63,280 bases of DNA, filler included, from an uncultured Methanosarcinales archaeon (GCA_964388715.1; 4 parts of 4 records of this genome joined end to end with filler, not necessarily neighbours in it); one strand, 5' to 3'; shown: positions 41,001-53,180, counted from the whole stretch's first letter. Numbers and translations are program-made. Notes: generated from the sequence alone by a model not told the origin.

Positions 41001-44000
41001 CAGAAGATAATGATATGGGGTACTACACTTCAAATTTATTTAATGATGAATACACTCAATTATTCGACGGACAAAATTCAGGATGGATTTCTGGTTTTGC
41101 TATGGATGCTGGACAAGCTACTACTGGAACAGATTCTGGGAAATTTGTTTGGTTAGGTTGGGATACTGAAGATTCTTACCCATATACTTCAGGAAAAGAT
41201 GCTAATATAACAAAACAAGCAATATGTTGGGCTGCAACAGGAAGTTATGATTGTGCTCCAAGTAAAAAAATAAGTACTGTTAATACTACAACACCATATT
41301 ATACAAATACTACAAATCCTTATAATGTTACTTTAAATAAAGATGAGTCTATTTTGATTACTTTTTTGGTAAATGCAACAGGTTCTAGAACTAATATCCA
41401 TCAATTTTCTTTGTATGCAAACAAAACTTCTGATATGGCAATTAATAATATTACTGATGCCTGGAATGTTACAATAACAGCTTCATCAGCACCAACCATA
41501 ACTATAAATAATCCTTCAAACAACGGAAATACCACAAATACTGGATTACATGTAAATTACTCAGCAACTGACGCTAACCTTGACACATGTTGGTACAGCA
41601 ATGATACTTTAGGAGTTAATACAACTCTCGCAGGTTGTGCTAACATAACTTCAATCACATGGGCAGAAGGACAGCATAATGTAACTATTTGGGCAAATAA
41701 TACAGGAGGTAATACAGGAACTTCAACAGTAACATTTACTATTGATACAGTTTATCCTACAATTAGTATTTCAACTCCAAACAATAACTCAAACATAACA
41801 AACACAGGTCAAGATGTAAACTATTCTGTATATGATACAAGCACAGATTCCTGTTGGTACAGCAATGATACTATGGGAGTCAACACAACTCTTGCAAGCT
41901 GCGCAANNNNNNNNNNNNNNNNNNNNNNNNNNNNNNNNNNNNNNNNNNNNNNNNNNNNNNNNNNNNNNNNNNNNNNNNNNNNNNNNNNNNNNNNNNNNNN
42001 NNNNNNTGTTGGTACAGCAATGATACTATGGGAGTCAACACAACTCTTGCAAGCTGCGCAAACATTACAACAATTACATGGGCAGAAGGACAACATAATG
42101 TGACAGTATGGATCAATGACACAGCTGGTAACAAAAACACGTCAAGTGTAACATTTATCATTGACACAATTGCTCCACCAATAAGCATTGCAGTACCAAG
42201 TAATCATACTAACACAAGTAACACAGGACAAGATGTAAATTATTCTGTCCTAAGTGCAGATAGACATTCCTGCTGGTATTCCAATGATACAATGGGTGTT
42301 AACACAACACTTGCAAGCTGTGCAAACATCACAACAATTACATGGGGTAAAGGAGAACATAATGTAACAGTATGGAATAATGACACTGCTGGAAACAAAA
42401 ACAGTTCTACAATAAGATTTACTATTGATTTAACCCCTCCAACATTTACAACAATTGCAAACCAAACAATAGAATCTAATGATGCTTTAGGTTATGACAT
42501 TGATGCAAGTGACACTTATGGAGTAGATTGTTTTACAGTAAATGATACAACTAACTTCCAAATCAACTGTTCAGGATACTTACAAAACAACACAGCATTA
42601 AGTGTCAATGTATACTGGATAAATATAACTGTAAATGATTCTCATAGCAATGAAAATTCCAGTTTAATGAAAATAAATGTTACTTCTCAAACCTCATCAG
42701 CTATAAATTTTGTCACACCCACTCCTGCAAATTTAACAGCACAATCAACAACCAATGTTGAAATTAATGTTTCTATTACAGAATCTGATTTAAGTGAATT
42801 AACATATAATTGGAATGGAACTAATTATACAATGTATAATGACTCCATGATTCTAATGATGAATTTTGATAATGTCAGTGCTTTGGGTGAAAATAATACT
42901 TATGTTGTTGATTTATCTGGTAATGATGATAATGGTACAGTCAATGGAGCAACATGGAATAACTCTGGTAAATATAGTGGTACCTATGACTTTGATGGTA
43001 CTTCCAGTGATTATATAACAATCAGTGATAGCCCTAGAGTAAGGTTGGTTGACAACTTCACAATAGGTGTGTGGGTGTATTCAAATAATCCTTCAAATTC
43101 AGGTAGAATTTATAACAAAGAATCATCTACAAACGGTCTCTCTAACTATATTCTTGACATAGCAAATAACAAAATAAGATTCCAATTTAATGACCTCACA
43201 CCTATTACACATTTAGGGGTTGCAAATATTACATCACAAACATGGTATCACATAATGATTACGTATAGCTCCAACACTCTAACTTCATACTTAAACGGTA
43301 CCTTGGACAATGTAAGTACTCACAGTGGCACCATTGGAACATCATCAAATCCTTTTTATATAGGAAGGTTTGACGATCAGTTTAACCAAAATTTCAACGG
43401 TTCAATAGATGAACTTAGAATCTGGAACAGAACTTTATCTGCAGCAGAAGTTTATCAACAATATGCATCTAACTTAAGAAAATATAACACAAACAAATGG
43501 TCACTTTATGTTAACCAAAGTAAAAATGCAACAACAGGTTTAGTTGAAGGTAATTATACTTATCAAGTATTTTCTTTAAATTCAGAGAACAATAAGAACA
43601 GTACTGGACCAAGAACAGTTATCATTGACACAATTGCTCCAACAGTAAGTATTGCTTTCCCAACCAACTCTACAAACCATAGTAATACTGGATTAAATAT
43701 TAATTATAGTGTCTCTGACCAAAACACAATTTCTTGCTGGTACAGCAATGATACTATGGGTGTTAACACAACACTTGCAAATTGCGCTAACATCACAACT
43801 ATTACATGGGAAGAAGGAAAACATAATGTTACTATTTGGGTTAATGATACTGCTGGAAATAAAAACACCACCAATGTTACATTCATCATTGATACAATCC
43901 CACCAACAATATCCATTGCAATACCAAGTAATTATACTAACACAAGCAACACAAACCAAGATATTAACTATTCTGTTTCAAATCCTGGTCGACATTCATG

Positions 44001-46086
44001 CTGGTACAGCAATGATACAATGGGTGTTAATACAACACTTGCAACTTGCGCCAACATAACAACAATAACATGGGCAGAAGGAGAACATAATGTTACAGTA
44101 TGGGTTAATGATACTACTGGAAATAAAAATAGCTCTACAATAAGATTCACTATTGATTTAACCTCACCAACATTTACAAACCTTTCAAACCAAACAGTAG
44201 AATATGGTAATGCTCTTACTTATGATTTAAACTCTTCTGACACAGTATTATTTGATTGCTTTTCAGTAAATGACACAACAAACTTCAAGATAAATTGTTC
44301 TGGCTACTTAGAAAACAATACAAACCTATCAGTCAACTTATACTGGCTTAATATAACTGTTAATGATACTTCAAATAACCAAAACTCAACATTACTCCAA
44401 GTTAATGTTAATGATACAACCTCTCCTACAATTATCCTAAACAATCCTGCTGCAAATTTAATTAATGACAGTGTTAATGTAACTAATGTAACATTTAATT
44501 GTTCAGTAACAGACTTAAGTAATTTATTTAATATTAGTTTATACATCACAAACAGTTCTAACACAAGCTTTGCACTCAACCAAACAACCAATATAACAAG
44601 ATTAAGTAACTCATCAAACTGGTCATTAAGTTTACCAACAGGAAACTATACCTGGAACTGCCTTGGTTATGACACATACAACAACAGTGCATGGGCAAGT
44701 ACTAATAGAACAATAACAATTGGCTTTGTAGACAATGATGGTGATAGTGTTTCTGATAGTCTTGACTTACTTGAAGGAAACGAAACAAATGTTAACACAA
44801 CAGGATTAACCAGTTTAAACATAACCATTAGTGGCAACTCAACAACAGGAAGTTATAGTGATGAACAAGAAATTGTTTTCTATGATTCATCTGAAAAAAT
44901 AGTAAACTTCACACATAATTTTTCATCATCACAACTTGACTTAAGCAAAGTAAGAGTTATAAAAGCAACCAACTCTATAATTATAAATTTATCAGGGCAA
45001 GTACAGGCTAATTATAATAAAACAGTATACATTACAGACAATAACTTTGCTAGTTTGTGTGTTAAAGATGCAGAAGTAAACTCAATTGACAACATTACTT
45101 CTTTATGTACTGGAACTAATGAAACAGATCTTACAACATGTTTAGGAAGTAGTGCAAATCTAAATAATCTTAACTGTTCTGACCTTGGCTCAACAATAGA
45201 AATTAAAAACCTAAGACATTCTGCAATTCGAGGTGTTCCAAGATCAACTCAAACAACAACTCCAGCCTCATCAGGTGGAAGTGGAGGAGGTGGTTCTTTC
45301 TCAGGAGGTATTGCTTCCCAAATAACTAAAGAATGTACAAATAATTCAGATTGCAAACCAAAATATAATTGTTGGAATGAAAAATGTGTAATGTTATTTG
45401 ATGTAAGAATAATTAAATTTATTTCACCAATTGAAACAAGCAAAGTAATCAACTTTACTTACCTAATAAAAGGAAAAGGTTATGTTAAAGGAGATGTAAT
45501 AATAAACTATTGGCTTGAAAAAAATAACCAGATATTATCACAAGGAAAAGATACTGTTTATCTTGATGAGTACGAAGAAAAAGGATTAATTGCAAGTCTA
45601 CCACTTCCAACAAATACAAGTGAAGAACCATACTTATTATATGTAAGTGTGGACTATCAAAGTTACAAAACAAAAGCATCAAGAACAATTGAAATAAAAG
45701 AAGATAAAGTAATTGCACAACCACTAACATCACCAAAGAAAAAAGTAATACCAATTCTCTTAGAGAAAATAAATTTAGCTGGATTTTTAATTATACTATT
45801 GATTATATTTACTATAAATGAAACAATCAACGTTTTCTGGCATAAAGATAAAGAGATTAAACAAAAGAAAATAAAACAACCAATTATTCCTAAAGAAAAA
45901 CCAAAATCAAAAACAGACAAAAGCAAAACTAGTGAAGGAAAAGAACTAATTAAAGGATTACTCAAAGCAACTCTAAACAAAAGTGAAAAAGAAAGTAATA
46001 TCAAAGAATATGAAAGTGAAGATCAAGAAGAGGAAAATTATTACTATGAAGATATTGAAGACATTGAAGAAATATCACAATTATAA
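38027..46086 (+). CDS. giant N-sequon-rich surface protein (discoidin/F5-8C twice, Ig-like repeats, LamG, C-terminal TM anchor), probably one gene across the scaffold gap
   Basis: Signal peptide; WILVDLG...RYVRL discoidin motifs; CWYSNDT.GVNTTLA.CANIT repeats on both sides of the gap; FNGSIDELRIWNR (LamG); SSGGSGGGGS linker; TM helix and charged tail. Confidence 0.8.
41907..42006. other. scaffold gap flanked by an identical 55-nt overlap (collapsed repeat)
   Basis: 41852-41906 is identical to 42007-42061. Confidence 0.9.
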
Positions 46087-46088
46087 TT

Positions 46089-47840
46089 TCAACTATAATA
46101 ATAATTCTCACCAGATTTCTGCTCTCTATCCTTAACACTACCTGGCTTATTTATCCTTGGCCTCTTACTTTCCTTATCCCGTCTCATTGTAATATCTAAA
46201 TCTTTAAGAAACATTGTCATTCCTTTCTGCATTGCAAAAGGACCTTTTACTTCACCTTCTTTTGCAGGAACACCATCAAAAACAAGCAGAGAATGACTTA
46301 AATAATCAATAAACAAAAGATCGTGATCAACAACAATAGCTGATTTGCCTTTTTCTTCCATAAAATTCTTCAAAATTTTCGAAACAATAAGACGTTGCTC
46401 AACATCAAGATACGCACTTGGCTCGTCTAATAAAAACAAATCAGCATCCTGGCTTAAACATAATGCAATTGCAACTCTTTGCAATTGTCCACCACTTAAT
46501 TCATTAGCTTTCCTCATTAACAATCCATCCAAATTTAATGGAGCAATCAACTGATTCTTATACTTACTAACAGCTCTTCCTAATATACCCATCACAAGAT
46601 CATCACTTGCTTCAAGATATTGTGGTTTATAACTTACTTTAACTTTTTTACCAATCTTACCTTTATCTTTTTTTAGATCACCTGCTAAAATTCTTACAAA
46701 ACTAGTTTTACCTATTCCATTTTCTCCTAAAACACCTACAACTTCTCTATTATGTACTTTTCCATCATCAGCCTTAAAAGAAAATTTACCTAATTTTTTT
46801 GTAATCTCACTCCAATCAGTTAAAACATTAGTAAACCTTCTTTTTTTAACAGCTTTTTCATCAAACTTAATTGTTTTATCTCTAAAACGAACATTTTCTT
46901 CTTTAAGAAAACCAGAAAGATAAATATTAATTCCAACTCTAGTAACCTTTGGTTGTGATACAATACCATAAACATCCTCTTTACCATACATTAAATGAAC
47001 TAAATCAGTCATATAATCAAGAATTATTAAGTCGTGCTCAACAACCATTACACCAACATCCTCAGAAGCTAGCCCACGTATAAATTTACTCACTTTAATC
47101 CTCTGCTTAATATCTAAATAAGAACTTGGCTCATCAAAAAAATAAACATCAGCCTTTTTTAGAACAGAAGCTGCAATTGCAACCCTTTGTAACTCTCCAC
47201 CAGATATCTTTTTAATATCATTATCAAGAATTTCTTTTAACTCAAGCTTTTCAACAATCTCATCAAACTTTCCAATCTCATCAACCTTTTTTAACAATGA
47301 TTTAACTTTCCCTTTATACTGTTTAGGAATCATGTCAACTTGTTGTGGTTTATAACTAATCTTAATCTTACCCTTCTTAACCTTTTCAAAAAAACCTTGA
47401 GCTTCTGTTCCTTTGAAAAATTTAATAACTTCATCAAATCCAACTTCTTTTTCTCCACCTAAATTAGGTTTTAACAATCCAGCCAATATTTTCAAAGCAG
47501 TTGACTTACCAATACCATTCCTACCAATTATTCCCACAACTTTACCAAACTGCGGTATTGGAAGATTATAAAGATGAAAACCATTCTGTCCATAACGATG
47601 TATAGCTTGCTGATCAAGTTCTTCAGGCAAATTAACAATAGATATTGCTTTAAAAGGACATCTATTTTGACAAATCCCACATCCAGTACAGAGTTTTTCA
47701 TCTATCCCAACCTTCTTACCAGTATCTTTAACAATGCATTCTTGTCCAGTTCGATTAACAGGACACAACTTAATGCAAAGATAATCTCCACATCCAGAGG
47801 GATTACATTTCTCCTTTTCAACAACAGCTATTCGTGTCAT
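46089..47840 (-). CDS. rli1: ribosome recycling ATPase ABCE1/Rli1
   Basis: N-terminal FeS cysteines (CTGCGICQNRCP) and two ABC domains (GRNGIGKST, GENGIGKTS, SGG.LQR). Confidence 0.97.
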   Translation of the reverse strand: MTRIAVVEKEKCNPSGCGDYLCIKLCPVNRTGQECIVKDTGKKVGIDEKLCTGCGICQNRCPFKAISIVNLPEELDQQAIHRYGQNGFHLYNLPIPQFGKVVGIIGRNGIGKSTALKILAGLLKPNLGGEKEVGFDEVIKFFKGTEAQGFFEKVKKGKIKISYKPQQVDMIPKQYKGKVKSLLKKVDEIGKFDEIVEKLELKEILDNDIKKISGGELQRVAIAASVLKKADVYFFDEPSSYLDIKQRIKVSKFIRGLASEDVGVMVVEHDLIILDYMTDLVHLMYGKEDVYGIVSQPKVTRVGINIYLSGFLKEENVRFRDKTIKFDEKAVKKRRFTNVLTDWSEITKKLGKFSFKADDGKVHNREVVGVLGENGIGKTSFVRILAGDLKKDKGKIGKKVKVSYKPQYLEASDDLVMGILGRAVSKYKNQLIAPLNLDGLLMRKANELSGGQLQRVAIALCLSQDADLFLLDEPSAYLDVEQRLIVSKILKNFMEEKGKSAIVVDHDLLFIDYLSHSLLVFDGVPAKEGEVKGPFAMQKGMTMFLKDLDITMRRDKESKRPRINKPGSVKDREQKSGENYYYS

Positions 47841-47969
47841 AATCCTAAAAAAGAGGCTTTTTGTTAATAAGGTTTTCTGTTTTTAAAGATAAACTTTTAG
47901 AAATTTTTTAATTTTCTAAAATTTAATAAATTTCTAAACGGTTTCGACTATGTCGAAAAATTTATAAAT

Positions 47970-48069
47970 NNNNNNNNNNNNNNNNNNNNNNNNNNNNNNN
48001 NNNNNNNNNNNNNTTAATTAATTAANNNNNNNNNNNNNNNNNNNNNNNNNNNNNNNNNNNNNNNNNNNN
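47970..48069. other. artificial contig linker
   Basis: N-run, TTAATTAATTAA, N-run. Confidence 0.97.
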
Positions 48070-48202
48070 ATCTAAACTCATATATATCTCCCCCATTTTT
48101 TGGTTGTTTTTTATGAAAAGTAATCCATAGGTAGTTTATAAGTTTAATTGTTTTGTAATTGTTAGGATAAAATATATAAGTCTAGGGAAAATAAGGGTTT
48201 TT

Positions 48203-48523
48203 ATGAATAAGAGTGAGTTTAAATGTCAAAGGTGTGGTAAGTGTTGTAAGCCTGTGATTAAGTTGACGCGAGAGGATATTAGTCGGATTAGAGAGTTAGG
48301 TTTTTCTGACAGAGATTTTGTGGAGAGAGATCCGATTGATGAGGAAAGTAAGGGGTTGGTTATGAAAAGGATTGATTTTAAGTGTGTTTTTTTGAATATT
48401 GGTGAGGATGGGTTTACTAGGTGTAAAATATATGGGCATAGGCCTCAGACATGTAGGAATTATCCGTTTTTTGGTTTTGATGAGGTTAAGAATTGTAAGC
48501 CTGTGAGTTTGAGGAATTTATGA
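48203..48523 (+). CDS. YkgJ-family cysteine-cluster protein
   Basis: CQRCGKCC...CVFL...CKIY..RP.TCR.YPF. Confidence 0.9.
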   Translation: MNKSEFKCQRCGKCCKPVIKLTREDISRIRELGFSDRDFVERDPIDEESKGLVMKRIDFKCVFLNIGEDGFTRCKIYGHRPQTCRNYPFFGFDEVKNCKPVSLRNL

Positions 48524-48646
48524 ATTATACATAACTTTTAAAAATTGTTCCAATTTTTAAACCGTTTGAAAAAACAAGTTTTTTCAAAAGTTTTATAAAT
48601 AAATACTAATTTTTAGACTATAATTATATTAATGGAGGGAATTAAT

Positions 48647-49141
48647 ATGGCAGAATTTAAATTAGTGATATCTGATCCTAAAACAGGCAAATCTATGCAA
48701 AAAGAGGTTAAGGATAATGAAGCAACACCTTTTGTAGGTAAAAAATTAGGTGAGAAAGTTAATGGTGAAGGTTTTGGATTACAAGGTTATGAGTTTTCAA
48801 TAACAGGTGGCTCTGATAAAAGTGGTTTTCCAATGAGAAAAGGTATTCTTTCAAATAGAAAGAGAATCTTAACATATGGTGGAGTTGGATTTAAAGGTGC
48901 TGCAAAAGGAATAAAGAAAAGGAAAACAGTGTGTGGTCAAACAATTAATGACAGTACTGTTCAAATTAATCTAAAGATACTTAAAGCAGGAAAAGATAAC
49001 TTGTTTGAAGCAAAGAAAGAAGAAGCTCCTAAGAAAGAAGCACCAAAAAAAGAAGCGCCAAAGGCAGAAGCTCCTAAAAAAGAGGAGAAAAAGCCTGAGC
49101 CTAAAAAAGAAGAACCAAAAAAAGAAGAGGCTAAAAAATAA
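48647..49141 (+). CDS. rps6e: 30S ribosomal protein S6e with KKEAP-repeat tail
   Basis: FKLVISDP, ITGGSDKSGFPMR and RKTV.G...QINLK motifs. Confidence 0.95.
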   Translation: MAEFKLVISDPKTGKSMQKEVKDNEATPFVGKKLGEKVNGEGFGLQGYEFSITGGSDKSGFPMRKGILSNRKRILTYGGVGFKGAAKGIKKRKTVCGQTINDSTVQINLKILKAGKDNLFEAKKEEAPKKEAPKKEAPKAEAPKKEEKKPEPKKEEPKKEEAKK

Positions 49142-49143
49142 AA

Positions 49144-49272
49144 ATGCATCCAATTGATAAATTGTATGAATTATTACGTGTGTTTAACAGACTTCCAAAT
49201 GATATGAAGATTGCTGTTGCAGCAATTGGATTTGGAGTTTTACTGTTAATATTAAGATTCATTGTGTGGTGA
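49144..49272 (+). CDS. 42-aa single-TM protein, absent from ORF track
   Basis: MHPIDKLYELLRVFNRLPNDMKIAVAAIGFGVLLLILRFIVW*, starting 2 nt after the rps6e stop. Confidence 0.55.
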   Translation: MHPIDKLYELLRVFNRLPNDMKIAVAAIGFGVLLLILRFIVW

Positions 49273-49312
49273 TATTATTCCACGAAAACCTTGAGTAGTT
49301 AGGTGAATTAAA

Positions 49313-50303
49313 ATGATGAACAAAAATGTCCGGGGAAGGGATTTAGTTCCTAATCAGCAATTCTGGTACAGATTATTCTAGGTTAGACTATACTTCTTCT
49401 AATGAGGACCTTCAAGAAATATATTATGATTTGTTGGGAATAAAAGGAAAAGGTTTATTTGTTATTGGTGGTTTTGACCAAGTTGCTTCTATGTTATGTC
49501 ATGCTAATTTGAATTTAGCTTATCTTGTAGATATAAATGCTACAGCAGTAGAATATGCTAGATTACGATTAGCTTTAGCTGATTTATCGTATACAAGAGA
49601 AGAATATCTCTCTCGTCTTGTTTCTAGGAAACTTGAAAAAGGTTCTGATTGTATTGTAGATTTGTTGGAGAATTTAATTAAGCAGTATGATAAAGAGCGT
49701 AGTATTAGAATAAAAAATCTAATGAGAAAACGTTGTTCTTCTTTAAGTGATTTATATGTTACAACAGAAGAAATGCAAAAATATATTGAGGATTATGGGT
49801 TTAATGAGAATTTAGCTAATGAAACTGCACAGCTTTTAGAAAGTAATTATGGTATAGTAAGAGATATTTTAGAGAAAACAATATTAAATAAATGGTTTAT
49901 TAGTGATTTATTGAAAGATGATGAAAAAAATAAAGATTATGATTCATTTTCTTACGTGGGGGTTGCAGGAAGAAGAATGCTTAATTTTATGAAATTTAAT
50001 AAAGATAATTGGTTAGCTACTGAAGAATCTTACCAAAAGGTAAGTGGTATGTATAAAGAAGGAAAAATTAAATTGGTTTGTGTTGATTTAATGGATGGTA
50101 ATTTAGATTTGAGTGATCTTGGTGAATTTTCACTGGTTTATACTTCTAATATTCATGAGTGTGTATATAATGGATTAAATAACTTTGTTGACTTATGTGA
50201 ATCTCTTCAAGGCAGAATAAATATAAGTGAAGATACTATGTGGATAATAACAACTACTGAAGATGAAGGACGTGGGCATATAAAACAAGGCAAAAAGAGG
50301 TAA
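49313..50303 (+). pseudogene. DUF3419/BtaA-like methyltransferase-fold gene with disrupted 5' end
   Basis: The main frame runs back through YTSSNEDL to a TAG at 49344. The SD-led ATG at 49313 is in another frame. Motifs GGFDQ..VDIN.....Y..L..A and VYTSNI. Confidence 0.45.
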
Positions 50304-50351
50304 ATTTTATAAAGGGGATGTTCTTCTCGTTTATAACATAGGTGGAATATA

Positions 50352-51620
50352 TTGGTAAAAGAAACTAAAACTAGCAAGAAAAAGAAAGTAGAAGTAAAAC
50401 AACCTGAGGTTAACATTGGTTTGGTTGGTCATGTTGATCATGGTAAGACAACCTTAACAGAGAAACTTACAGGCAAATGGACTGATACTCATTCTGAGGA
50501 ATTGAAAAGAGGAATTACAATTAGGTTAGGTTATGCTGATACTACTTTTTACAAATGTACTAAGTGCCGTGGAAGTAATGCTTATTGTGTTAAAGATAAA
50601 TGTCCAAAGTGTGAGAATAAATGTAAAGTTTTGAGAAAGGTTTCTTTTGTTGATGCGCCTGGGCACGAATCATTGATGGCAACAATGTTATCAGGTGCGA
50701 CAATTATGGATGGTGCATTGTTAATTATTGCTGCAAATGAAAAATGTCCACAACCACAGACAAGAGAACATTTGATGGCTTTGAAAATTTCTGATATAAA
50801 GAATGTTGTTATTGTGCAAAATAAAGTTGATCTTGTGACTGAAGAAGAAGCAATTAAACATCATAAACAAATTAAAGATTTTATTAAAGGGACTGAGTTT
50901 GAGAAAGCTCCTATTATTCCTGTTTCTGCTCAACATAATATTGGGGTAGGACCTCTTATTGAAGCTATTGAAAAGTTTATTCCTACTCCTAAAAGGAATC
51001 CTAAGAAAGATCCTTTGATGTTTGTTGCACGAAGTTTTGACATTAATAAACCAGGTTTAAAACCAAAGGATTTTATTGGTGGTGTTCTAGGTGGAGCATT
51101 GATTCAAGGTGTTTTAAAGACAGGGGATGTTATTGAAATTAAGCCTGGTTATGAAGTTGAAGAGAAAAATCAGAAAATCTATAAACCAATTGAAACAAAG
51201 ATAACTGATCTTAAAACAGGAGGTCAATCTGTGAAAGAGGTTCATCCTGGTGGGTCAATTGGAATATTAACTTCACTTGATCCTGGTATTGTTAAGTCAG
51301 ATTATTTAGCTGGTTCAATTGTTGGGTTAAAAGGGAAATTACCTCCTGTTTGGTATAATCTTAAACTTGAAGCGCATTTACTTAAGAAAGTTATTGGGGC
51401 TAAGAAAGATCTTCCTGTTGAACAAGTTAAAATGAATGAGGTTCTTATGTTGACTGTGAATAATACTGCGACTGTGGGAGTAGTAATTAGTATCAGTAAA
51501 AATCTTATAACATGTAAATTAAAGAGGCCTGTATGTGCTGGTCACAAAGCAGGAATAACTATTTCTCGTCTAATTGATCAGAGATTCAGATTGATTGGTT
51601 ATGGTGTTATGAAGGAGTAA
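50352..51620 (+). CDS. eif2g: translation initiation factor 2 gamma subunit
   Basis: GHVDHGKTT, RGITIRLGY, DAPGHE, QTREH and QNKVD motifs. Confidence 0.98.
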   Translation: MVKETKTSKKKKVEVKQPEVNIGLVGHVDHGKTTLTEKLTGKWTDTHSEELKRGITIRLGYADTTFYKCTKCRGSNAYCVKDKCPKCENKCKVLRKVSFVDAPGHESLMATMLSGATIMDGALLIIAANEKCPQPQTREHLMALKISDIKNVVIVQNKVDLVTEEEAIKHHKQIKDFIKGTEFEKAPIIPVSAQHNIGVGPLIEAIEKFIPTPKRNPKKDPLMFVARSFDINKPGLKPKDFIGGVLGGALIQGVLKTGDVIEIKPGYEVEEKNQKIYKPIETKITDLKTGGQSVKEVHPGGSIGILTSLDPGIVKSDYLAGSIVGLKGKLPPVWYNLKLEAHLLKKVIGAKKDLPVEQVKMNEVLMLTVNNTATVGVVISISKNLITCKLKRPVCAGHKAGITISRLIDQRFRLIGYGVMKE

Positions 51621-51966
51621 GTCCTTTATCAATCACATTATCTATTGCGACTAGTATTGTGCACATTGGGAGGATTCCGTCAATTATTCCAAAAGGGATT
51701 GCTGGGATTATTAATTCTACTACCATTCCTAATGCTAATGCCTTATTTTTAAGGAATAATCCGATTATGAACATACTTGCGAGTTCAACAGCAGTGTTTA
51801 CTATTGGAATCCAACATACTGCAAAGTCAATTAAGTCAAGAATGATTGCAATGCCTAATCTAAATTTGTAAAATAAGTTGCTTAAGTTAAATTTTGTCTT
51901 TTTTTTGCTTTTCTTTTTAGGAATGTTATCAACAATTTCTGCTTTTACTTTTTTGTATTCTACCAT
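51607..51966 (-). CDS. hypothetical membrane protein
   Basis: Basic N-terminus then hydrophobic helices (D...IP......ELIIP....D..LP); coupled to the cca stop. Confidence 0.65.
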   Translation of the reverse strand: MVEYKKVKAEIVDNIPKKKSKKKTKFNLSNLFYKFRLGIAIILDLIDFAVCWIPIVNTAVELASMFIIGLFLKNKALALGMVVELIIPAIPFGIIDGILPMCTILVAIDNVIDKGLTPS

Positions 51967-53180
51967 TTTAGTTTGTCATTGAACCATTTGTCTTTTTTTA
52001 ATGTTTTAATGTAATGTTCTATTTCTCTGTGTTCTGTTTTTACTTTTGCGTAAATTCTTTTGTTTTTTATTACTGTTTTTTTGTGTTTTTTCTTAAAAGC
52101 ATTGAAGTGTTTCTTTACTCTGATAGGTGGTCCTTCATATTCTTGGAATTCAGAAAGAATTTCATCTTTGCAAACTATCCAAAAGAGAACATCTTTGTTT
52201 TCATTCCATTCCCAGCCAGAATCAATTACAGTGAAACCTCTTAATTTAGATTGTTTTACAATATATTCAAGTGATTTTAATAATTTTGAACCAATAACAT
52301 CTCTTTTTCCTTTTAATGGGGAAGGTTTTAATAAAATTATTTTATGTTTTTTGTGTTTTTTCTCTAACTTTTCTAAAGAAAATGGTTTTTTTTCAAAGAA
52401 TTTTTCAGAAGGTTTTTTTGCAAATGCTTTTGCAAATTGGATAAAGTTTTCATACATATCATTACCTAATGCAGCTGCTGCGTTTCTTTGTTTTTGTACA
52501 GGATCTATAATAATCAAAGGAGAATGTTTTTTTGCTTTGTTTAATTGTCTTAATATTTCACCTTTATCTTTGTAATGTTTTTCAATGTCAATTATGGTTT
52601 GTTTGTCCCACTTTGCAATATTTTTGATTAATTTGTCAAAACCTTTGTAATGGATTGTAAGTATTTCTAAGACATAACCTGAGAAACCTTTTATGTATGA
52701 TTCTGCACCATATATCTGATTAGCTTTACAAAATGCTTTTGTAAGTCTAATGTCATCAAAAAACTTTTTTCCGTTCTTGTTAACCCATTTTGCGTGTAAT
52801 GGACTAATGTCTGTGATGTTTAAGGCTTGTTCTGCTTTACTTATCTTTACGATTGGAACGATTTCAAATGTAAAATCTTTTTCCTTTATCTGGAAATAAT
52901 CTCTGCTACCATGTAATCTGTCAAATTTCTTGAAAGTTTTTTTCAAAACCTTTTCTAGGATATTACTTATGTTTTGTTTTTCATGATTAAATAAGACAAA
53001 TATGTCTGCATCATGTGCATCTTTAAGCCATGTGTTCTTTGCTCCAGAACCTCCTAAGACTGCTTTTGCATTTTTAAGATTTTTATTAAGCTTTTTGATA
53101 AAAGAGTTAATTCTATCTGAAACTTGTTTTTCTTCCTGTTTATTTGGTTTTATTTTGTTTAGTATGTTTTTGTAGTTCAT
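51960..53180 (-). CDS. cca: class I CCA-adding enzyme
   Basis: GGSGAKNTWL...DADIF, YGAE..I.GFSGY..E and IIDPV...RNAAAA motifs. Confidence 0.95.
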   Translation of the reverse strand: MNYKNILNKIKPNKQEEKQVSDRINSFIKKLNKNLKNAKAVLGGSGAKNTWLKDAHDADIFVLFNHEKQNISNILEKVLKKTFKKFDRLHGSRDYFQIKEKDFTFEIVPIVKISKAEQALNITDISPLHAKWVNKNGKKFFDDIRLTKAFCKANQIYGAESYIKGFSGYVLEILTIHYKGFDKLIKNIAKWDKQTIIDIEKHYKDKGEILRQLNKAKKHSPLIIIDPVQKQRNAAAALGNDMYENFIQFAKAFAKKPSEKFFEKKPFSLEKLEKKHKKHKIILLKPSPLKGKRDVIGSKLLKSLEYIVKQSKLRGFTVIDSGWEWNENKDVLFWIVCKDEILSEFQEYEGPPIRVKKHFNAFKKKHKKTVIKNKRIYAKVKTEHREIEHYIKTLKKDKWFNDKLKW

